Assembly (NCBI GenBank): GCA_029717555.1
Contig: JAMDHS010000094.1
Coordinates: 57,980-77,979, forward strand
DNA from: Peribolospora baueri
Lineage: Eukaryota
Length of the DNA stretch: 20,000 nucleotides
Reading direction: 5' to 3'
Shown: positions 11,565-20,000 of the stretch, piece after piece
Numbering within the stretch: the stretch's first letter is position 1
How the letters are laid out: every line of letters begins with the position of its first letter
Program-made: the position numbers and the translations under genes
The notes under the pieces: generated by a model
What the model was told of the DNA's origin: nothing
The model's database searches: none
The model's input: the letters and a program-made list of their open reading frames with translations, nothing else

Positions 11565-13099
11565 GGCGAGGCCTCTTTCTTCTCGTCTCTCGTCTCCTTC
11601 GAAAGGAAAAACCGCGGGAGGGGGCAAGGCCCTCCATTCCCCCATCCCCCCATCTTTTTTTCTTTTGCCCCCAATACCTTTCTTCTAAGCCAGAGCCGCG
11701 AGTCGTGTGACATGTTTCACCCGTCTTGCCTGCCCACCTTCTGTCGTGTGGTGACCGGGTGTCGTCTCCGGCGGGCGGAGGAGGTGAGAAGGAAGGGCTA
11801 CACGGGTGATGTGGACTTGAAGCGATGCGAACGAGGTGTGGTGTGGGGCGGTCCGGTTGGGCTCGGCTGTGGCTTACGGGCACGGCAGGACGGCGCGGCT
11901 CGGGACGGGTACGGCTTGGCTGAGGCGGGGGAACTGGTGGAGGGTGGGGAAGAGGAGGAAAGTGAGGAAGGAAGGAAATCATCCTCCATCGTGCGACCTG
12001 CTACCTGCTACCCGCGTCTTGATGTGTTTTTGTCTCACTCGTTCGCTCTCTCGCTTCGACGACGACGGACTCGATTCGATAATAGGACGTTTCCTGGCTA
12101 ACAGATGACAGACGGCTTTTGACGAGACCGATCGCAGCGTCCATCATCTTCGTTGTCATCCTCTCCCATTTCGTTCGGTTACCCTTCTCTTTCTAACCAG
12201 ACAATCGAGTGTGTGCTTTTTTTTCTCTGCCCGGCCCTCTTTTCTTCTTTTGATTCCCTCTCCATGGAAGGGGAGGCGATGCGAATCGAGCGCACCGGCC
12301 CCCTGCTGTTCGTCTCCCTTCGTCAGCCGCCGCGCCAGTGTACGTACATACTTACTCGTACTCTATGATACATTCTCTCACCCCCCTCCCGTGCGCCATG
12401 CTCACCCCATCACATCATGGAATTATATCACCGTCAATGAGTACGTCACAACGTGCATTGACGCGTCCGACAGTTCGTCCGTCCATCCCACCCTCATCCT
12501 TCAGCTTCAGCTTTCAAGACTCAAAAAAGTACGATGTAGATCCTCATCGTTCGCCCGCCTTCATATATTTTCCACACCACACTAGTCAGTTCCCGCGTGC
12601 GGATCTTAGCTCACGGTAAGCCTGCGCAACGCAACGCAACGCCAGCTTCCATCCAAGAGCCCCCGACTGTAGAGAAAGACACACGCTTTTGGGTCACATT
12701 CGATGCATGTGTACTATGCGGAAGGCCGCGGTTTGTGGGTTCCTGGGGACACCGGATATTTTGATCCACCGGGTTCGCAAATCCCAGTCGCTTGTCGCAT
12801 CGCCTCTTCGCCCTCACCTGAAAATGTCCGCGCAAAAAAAAAAAGAAAAAGAAAAAGAAAAACGCAAGCGCTGTCCTACCTCATCTCTCTCGTCTCGAAG
12901 AGGGAGGGAGGAGAGGGGATCAGAGAAGCGGCCGATAACGACAGGGACTTTCGATTGCCGCGCAAAACTCTACCTACAGTACGAGTACAAATACGCGAAC
13001 GAGGCAAGAAAGAAGGACAAAAAAAACCAAACGAGAGCGGGTCTCGTCGTCGTCGGGGTCGTCGTAAATCGTCGCTTTGTTCCCAAGTCGTTACTGACG

Positions 13100-14180
13100 T
13101 TGACGTTCGATGCCGTTCGACCATCCCCCCCAGCCAACCCCCACCCCTTTCCAACGTCTGAACTATCAATACGACTCAGAAGCTCGCATAGGTCAACACG
13201 GAAATGGGCACCAAGTTCCGTCGGACCACCTCAGGCCACGGGAGGTGTCGCCGCCGTCGACATGGACGACGCGGTGAGGGTGTAGGTGTCGAGGACGCTG
13301 CCCGGAATCGTGCTTCCCCCGACCGCTCTCGTTTACTGTCCGGCAGGTGGAGTTGAGGCCGAGGTCGAGAGGACGGCTCGGTTGCGCGCCGCCGCTCAGG
13401 ATAGGATCCATGCCGTCGCGAGGCAGCCGTGTGTGGTTGTTGTCTAAAGGATTGGGTCCGAGAGAGCGTGTGTGGTGAGGATGTGGATAAGTGATTGCGA
13501 AAACGTACGGAGGTGGAGGTAGCGGTGGCGGTGACGTCTGCGTCGGCGTCAGTGTCCATAACGGCGCTGACATAGAGTCCCAGCGCACCACCGCCGCTCC
13601 CAGCTCCAGGCTCACTGCCAGAGATGACGGTGGCATCAGGCCGACCTTGTCCCTCGTCTTCGCTGTCCCATCCGCCCGCCTTGGCCCAAGCCTCCTGCGC
13701 GCTCAAGCTCTCGTCCAAGCCACCGGCGGGAGGAAGACCGACGAGGGCGCGCCAGAATCGGACGCCGGTTCCCTCGTGCGCACCATGTTTCTCGTAACCC
13801 ACCTGGCCACATTCTCACTCACGAGACTTGTCGTGGCAATGAGCACCCACGACGCAAGAGGGGTGTTGGGCCCGAAGACAAGAAGAGTGAGCCGGGTGAG
13901 AGGCCAACAGATTGCTTTAGGGAGAATCGCCATCGCCTGCGATATAGAGCGGTCCAGGGAAGGATTGAAACGCGCGTGAGCGGTGTCATCTCCAAAACGC
14001 AAAGCCAAATGAACAAACCAAGGGGCTCACCCATACGCTTGCGACGGCAAACTCTGCTCTCCCTGGCCTGCGCTCCCCTTCCCCGCCTACGCCTTTGACG
14101 GCGTTGTGGAGTAACCAAAACGTACCGATGAGACCGGGCACGACGGCAAGAAGGCGGACGAGGAAGAGGAGGAGGTGGAT
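13100..14180 (-). pseudogene. EOS1: Decayed 3' part of N-glycosylation protein EOS1
   Basis: IHLLLFLVRLLAVVPGLIG...EFAVASVW, intron 14030-13937, AICWPLTRLTL...WVLIATT...ARWVT, and C-terminal WPEVVRRNLVPISVLTYASF*VVLIV. The usual RW..Y...LIRL segment is missing, there is a frame change near 13780, and TGA at 13178-13176 falls where a Trp is expected. The 3' boundary is approximate. Confidence 0.7.
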
Positions 14181-15524
14181 GACGATCTCAACCCTTTCGA
14201 TCCCAGTTCCCTTTATATGTTCCTCAATCGCTTTGCCCATCCTCTCAAAGTTCCACATCGGCTCGCCATCGCCGTATACGAGGTCCAGCTCCATGATAGC
14301 CTTGGGCGCACTGGGGGCGAACGATTCACCAGTCTTCCCGTACAGCGTTCCCTTCCTCGGCTCTAGAACGTACTTGCCGCCGATGCCGGTGGTAATCGGA
14401 GCAGACTGGGGGCGGCCAGGACGGACGCGATAATAGATTCGCAAGCCATCAGCTCCTTTCGACGAGCTCTTGCCGCCGCTCGATAACCAGCTGCTAAGAG
14501 CATTGAACCCATGAGCGGCCCGAATGTCCTCCTCGCAACGGATCCACTCGTCCTTTCCACCCTCCAGCTGATCCTCTTGTTCCTTCGTCTTCGACTCGTA
14601 GATCAAGGCGAGGTCGATGACATTCGGAACGTCAGAGCGCCGGGATCGGCGGTAGAAGAGGTAAGGCGCGTAAAGGGAAAGGGAAGAACTGGCGGCTTGA
14701 ATATTGGGTCGGAGAGGACGGGTAACCCTGACCCACTTGCCAAGTAGAAAGTCATCAGCAGGAGTGGACGGGGGCTCGCAGGTGAGAAGAGAGAACCAGC
14801 TGAAGGCGATGCAAGGACGGACGGTGATCGCCGTCAAGGGCGCCGGATTGGGTAGCAGAGGAGCATAGATGTCGAGGGGTAGCGAAGCTGACGAGAAAGA
14901 AGGCCGCAAGAAGAAGAAATAATCGGGTAAGCGCGCAATAAACGGTGCACGGATTTGCTTTCTCCCGCTCCACGAGGTATCCGAGGACGCTCACAGGGCC
15001 CGTAGACGCCCGCCAACACTCCGTTGCCGTACACCTCTCCATCTCCACCTTTCCCATCCGTCCCACCGCCCCAGAGGTCGCCGCCGCCGCCGCCGCCCCC
15101 TGAAACCTTGTCCAAGTCGGTTCCCTTTCCGCCCGAACCCGTACCGGGACTCTTGCCGACCGCGTCAAAGGCCTGCCATCCGATCTGCGAGGTGACCGGC
15201 GAGGGTGGGGGATCAAGTGAGAGGTAAAATAGCGCTTTCGATGGGAAGGGAGGCGAAGGCAAAAAGAGACGAAACGAGACGAGGGAAATCGATCCCAAAG
15301 CCGAAGCGGAAAGGACAGACGAAAAGGGGGTGATTCCTCTCCGTTAGCTTCGGTTCGGTACAACACAACGCGATTCGAGCACCGCCCGCCCGCCCGCCCG
15401 AGCGAGCGAATGTTGTCTTAAGCGCATACTTGTTGGCCTATCACTAACTTGACTCACCTGTGAGAAAGAAGGCAAACCCGATTCCGACGAGCAAAGAGGC
15501 CAAGCCGCGAAGGCGGACGGCCAT
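14181..15524 (-). pseudogene. DCR2: 5' half of a Dcr2-like metallophosphoesterase gene, catalytic domain absent, fused in frame to EOS1
   Basis: Exons 15524-15458 (MAVRLRGLASLLVGIGFAFFLT, signal anchor), 15234-14995 (IGWQAFD) and 14887 onward (PLDIYAPLLPNPAPLT...LGKWVRV...YLFYRRSRRSDVP...IMELDLVYGD...FER). These resemble the N-terminus of basidiomycete Dcr2; no FKILQxADLH motif follows. Confidence 0.7.
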
Positions 15525-16454
15525 GGCCACGGGGTGGGGTCCTCTCAGCTACTCCTACTCCTTTCCGTCGATCGATCGATCGAGCTTGCGAAAGGCCCGA
15601 AGGAATGGAGAAAAAGAAGGAAAGAGAGGTGTAAACAGCCAGCGCTACCGTCGCAGGAGTTGACGTTAGTTCGCTCGGAGACGCCAGAAGCCAGAAGACA
15701 TGAGAATTGAGCGACGAACGGTGGTGGGACGGAGGGACGGGATGGTAACTGATCATTGGTTTTTTCATTTTCTTTTCTATCTCGGTGTGATCGAAACACG
15801 TCGTCTCTCGCCGATACGTACGTACATGGTAAGGAGTTTGGGGAGGGGGGAGTTAGGGGAAGGTGTGTGGAGCGGGAGAGGGGATGAGGAGAGGGAGAGG
15901 AACAGGTTGGGTGTGGCCGTGACGAGATCGTTCACGCTCACCTACGCCCAGGCCATTGGCTCTAAGAAAGCAGTCGAAGGAGGACGGACGATGTGAGGAG
16001 AGCCAGGATCGATGAACAGGACGGCGACGTCCCCCATCCCACCTCGTTGCTCGACGCCCCCGCTTTTCTCCCCTCTCCCATCATCACGGCCGTCCCGCCC
16101 ATCCTCCCGGCTGGCCCACCAAACAGCACGACGATCTCTCTCGAACGTACGAAAACAAACTTCGCGAAGGAAATAAGAGAGACGACAAGCACAGGAGGAA
16201 GCGCGTTTCCAAATGCTTTTTTTCTTGTCACATAGACGTCGGATAGTATACTTTGAACATCACATCAGCGCGATCTATGAAACAAGTGTAAACCATCTCT
16301 GATTCATTGTCCCAGACCAGGGGAATGATAGGAAGGGGAAAGAAAAGAAGGGAGTCGTTGAAACGTCGCTACGTCCGTGTTGAGAGCGGAAATGGAAAAC
16401 AAAAAAGTATGGTCGACTTAATCGGACAAAAACCATCCCATGCATCAACTTCGT

Positions 16455-18700
16455 TCATCGGGGCGAGTACGCCGGCGGTGCTTCTGCTTCTTCTGTCAAC
16501 GTTTCCTTTATCGCCTCGTTCGACTTTCCGAGCACGTTCGGGTTCGACGAAGCCTGCGCCTGGCTCGTCGGATGCTGCGATGCAGACGAAGACTCTTCGT
16601 AGGAGCTCTGGCCAGCGCTCAGGCCCGGCCCGCCGACCACGTAAAAGTTGTTCACAGAGCTCGGACGGCTGGCCGCCGCGGCGGTCTGCTCAGGCGAAGC
16701 CGACGGCCCAAATGAGTCCCGCATCGGGGTGCCGTCGCCGGGCACAGGGGTTCCGGCCGCCGCAGTGTCGTGCAGGGCCTGTCCGGGCGATAGAAGAGAG
16801 GAGACGGTAGGTGCCATCTGTCCAGGTTGCAGAGAGTGGAGCGAGGCCGTGCGGTCATGCGGCACCTGTCCGGTTTGCAGAGAGTGGAGCGAGGCAGTGC
16901 GGTCGTGTGCCACCTGTCCGGGCGGTGGCGAAGAGGAGACGGCACCGGGGATAGGTGTCATCTGGGGGTATATCGCTTGTATGGGGGATGGAGAGTAGAG
17001 GGCAGCCGAGACGGGTGTTGCCTGTCCGGGTGACGGAGAAGCAAAGCCGGCCGAGAGAGGCTGCTCGGTGGACGGGTGGACGGACGGACGAGGGCCACTC
17101 TCCTCCATGTGCGGCTGATTATATGCGTCATACGCATCCGGTGGCTCGAGGACGACGCGCTGGCGACTCCGACGACGACGGCGCCACAGGAAGAACGCGA
17201 TGAGGAGAGCGGCGATGGCGACGACGCCTCCTACAACCCCTCCGACGACGCCTCCCACTAATTGGCCTGACGACTTGCCGCCGGCACCGTTGCCAGTCGG
17301 CACACTGGAGTTGCCGCTGCTAAAATGGAAAGGAGCGAGTCAGAACTACCTCTCGCTCGCAAACGACCTAGGCGAGATGGGATCACTTACGGATGGGGGC
17401 AGTTGCCGTCGCCCGGATATGGATCTACATATATAACATTGCCGTCACTGGGGATGGGGATCGGATAAACCCCTAGGGTTCAGAGAAAGAGAGAGCAGAA
17501 GGTAAGTCACCTATCTTCTTCCCTCCCATAACCCTCAGACGGTTCGAAGCTCACCGCCTTGGACTTCGGTAGGTTGCGTTCCTCGAATGTCGATCAATGT
17601 AAAGTTCGTCGTGAGGACGTTTGATGGCAATTCGACCTGGACGAAACGCGAAGTGGAGGGGAGAGATGTGTTTGTGGGTCAGACGCTGGGCCACTGGACG
17701 ACCAGGCCCCCCAAAAAAATCCCTCGGCCGCGCCCAAAAATGCAACTCACTTGCCAGGTGAAGGATCTGCTATATTGCTGTGCCGTGATTGGAAACGGCA
17801 GGCCCTGGACGTTCACAGAGTAAGGAGGCTGACCGCCGTCCCATGAAAACCGATACGGGCATCCACGGAACAGGTGTGTTTGGTTGCTATTTGTAGGGGA
17901 TTGGACCGTAATGATGCCGTTGCCCATGCGGGGCAAAGTGCAATTCACGTTTGGTGGCGGGGACGCGATGGGCATCAAGTCGGTAAAATTGGGCTGTTGG
18001 TTCGCCTGATCCCAGGCATTGGGGGGAACAAAGATTGGATAGTTTGTCGTCTCGGTTATCCTGACCAACGGTCAGGGAACGGGTCCAGCGGCAAAGGCAG
18101 GGGAAAGGTGTCGAGGCGTTTTCAGCGACTCGTTGAGCTTCTCCGCCTGAGGCGGACCGATCCTACGGCATGTCTCACCATCTAGCGTCCCAGAGAGTAA
18201 ACCACACACCGGTGGCTTGACTTGGATCAGGAGCCCAAGGCGAAAGGAAGGAAAATTTGGTATCCGTGATGTTGAAGAACGCATGATATTCGGCCCTGCG
18301 TGTCCCTGTGTAAGGCGAATTGGCGAGTTAAGCCGACCTGAGCGAGGGCCCGACTCAGACGCGTTTTTGGAGCGGAAGATGGAGATAGCGACCCACCGTT
18401 CATCCAGACCGCGTCGACGTTGAGCGAATACGGCGGAGTACCGCCCGTCCATTCCACGTTGACCGGACCTGGCCGTAGAATGCAACAGAAAAAGAGAACC
18501 AGGCAGGCTCGACGTGAGCCCTCTTCTCCAAGCCTTTCGACCGGTACGTGGCGCGACGTGGCTGTGGAATCGTGGAAAACGGTCACGCCCGACCGTCACC
18601 GACGATCGTGCGGCTGGCACCCTGGACACTCACAATTGGGGCCATACAGCGGGCCGGTGGCCGTGGGACTGATGAACTGCAAAGGCGATTGTTGGCTCAT
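16455..18700 (-). CDS. Single-pass membrane protein (~534 aa) with two C-x4-W-x-GG-x-PPYS ectodomain repeats, Gly/Val-rich TM helix and C-terminal PPAY motif
   Basis: Seven phase-consistent exons: 18700-18634, 18468-18397, 18305-18179, 18060-17751, 17636-17555, 17472-17391, 17319-16455. CPVNVEWTGGTPPYSLNV and CPYRFSWDGGQPPYSVNV; TM LVGGVVGGVVGGVVAIAALLIAFFLW followed by RRRRRSR. Confidence 0.85.
16818..16921. repeat. Coding 48-bp tandem duplication (GQV[A/P]HDRTASLHSLQ x2)
   Basis: Units start with ctgtcc at 16818, 16866 and 16914; related degenerate units at 16779 and 17022. Confidence 0.9.
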
Positions 18701-19896
18701 CGCTCTGGGCCCGATCGTTTGCTTGCTCTGCGTAAAGAATGAGCCTTGCCTCGGTCACGAAGGAGAGAAAGAGAAAAAAAATAAGGAAAGGAAAGGAAAG
18801 GAAAGGGAAGATGAGGAGAGAGCTGGAGGATGGTTGACGAGTGGAAACGGAAGTGAGTCAAGGAGACCTCGAGTCGGTGGTGTTTTGAAAAATAAAATGC
18901 GGGTTAGGGAGCCGCGTGCGCCAGACGTTGAAAACCTCATGTTCAAAACATCCTAGCGGCCGATAGCTTCATATAAACCATTCAACTGCCCTTAGCCAGT
19001 CGTCCCTCGCGACAAAAGGGACCTTTGCCGTCCTTCTCGCTCCTTCGCGCTAACAAAAATGGCTCCGGTCCGGCTCGGCGCTACGCATTTAGCCCATCAA
19101 CGACAATTGCAAAGGGAACACGAGGGAAATAGGAAAGGAAGAGAGAAAAAAAGGGACTTCGGTGTCATACAAGGTAGAGTGGGTGTGGGCGGAGCGTCCG
19201 CTTCATGCCCTTCGCGTCGTCTGAACGCCAACAGGCAAGACGGAGAGCGTCGGGGTCGATTGACACCACCGCGGCTTATCATCTGTTCTGAAAGGAAGGA
19301 TGTGGAGGGCGCGTCGTGCATAAACTAAATCGCCTCTCTCGCCGCAGCCAAGAGGCTCCCACCTGCCGCAGTTCCCGTCTCGCGCTCGCGGCCTTTTTTT
19401 TCTTTTTTTCTCCCTTTCCTCATCCCGTCAGCCAGAGGCCGCCGCTCCCCGCCACCTCACCAGCCGACGTTGTTTCGGCAACGCTCGACTATGTACTTCT
19501 AGCGGGGGGGAAGGTCTGCGGATGCCCTCATTTCTTATTCCTTCACTTGCGCCCCGATTGTCAGCTGCCACTGGCGTCGACGAAGCTCGTTGAGTTGCTG
19601 CTAGGGGTCGTAAGGCCCCTGAAGGACGCTAAGCGTCCAATCGGTACGCACTCCGAGCGGAGACCCTGGCGGATTTGCGAAGAAAGGACTGCACAGTGGG
19701 GACGCTCACATCTACTCTAGACGGGCGATGCTCTCAATGGAGCTGGGCTTGCGACACACTTCTGCTTTCGAGCGGGACGCGTTGGCTCGTGACCCGTACC
19801 AGCAATGGACTCTCCTGGAATGGAGGAGGGCGTTATGCCACCATTAGTCGCCATACTTCTTATTGCCTTGGCGGACCCAAGACCGGACCCAGCCCC

Positions 19897-20000
19897 TTAG
19901 GGTTAGGGTTAGGGTTAGGGTTAGGGTTAGGGTTAGGGTTAGGGTTAGGGTTAGGGTTAGGGTTAGGGTTAGGGTTAGGGTTAGGGTTAGGGTTAGGGTT
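19897..20000 (+). repeat. Telomere (TTAGGG)17+
   Basis: Perfect TTAGGG array running to the end of the window with the G-rich strand outward. Confidence 0.98.

Noticed and set aside
11038..11982. 314-aa minus-strand ORF
   Set aside because: Reads through several microsatellites; not a credible single CDS.
17555..17636. Suspected frameshift in exon 5 of the membrane protein
   Set aside because: Recounting shows consistent exon phases (G|GG GTT TAT).
18901..18910. Single GGGTTAGGG-like motifs (also ~4853 and ~5731)
   Set aside because: Too short; expected by chance.
1..20000. CRISPR arrays, tRNA/rRNA, intact transposase or reverse transcriptase
   Set aside because: No such repeat structure or motifs seen.

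Overview
Chromosome end of an intron-rich, GC-rich fungus, most likely a basidiomycete, ending in a (TTAGGG)n telomere at 19897-20000. The proximal ~8.2 kb holds three apparently intact spliced genes: a PQ-loop vacuolar transporter (minus strand, runs off the window), DUG3 glutamine amidotransferase, and a DHDPS-family aldolase. From ~9.5 to 15.5 kb the sequence is a mosaic of broken genes. It contains a frameshifted C2H2 zinc-finger relic interrupted by a short interstitial telomere tract (9860-9876), an intron-retaining EGT1 (FGE-sulfatase) fragment truncated at both ends, and an unidentified opposite-strand fragment. It also contains a DCR2-like 5' half fused in frame to a decayed EOS1 3' half. 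An intact 7-exon single-pass membrane protein gene lies ~1.2 kb from the telomere. The best hypothesis is an old chromosome end extended by a duplicated or captured segment now collapsing by deletion. Family calls come from motif recognition only; no searches were run.
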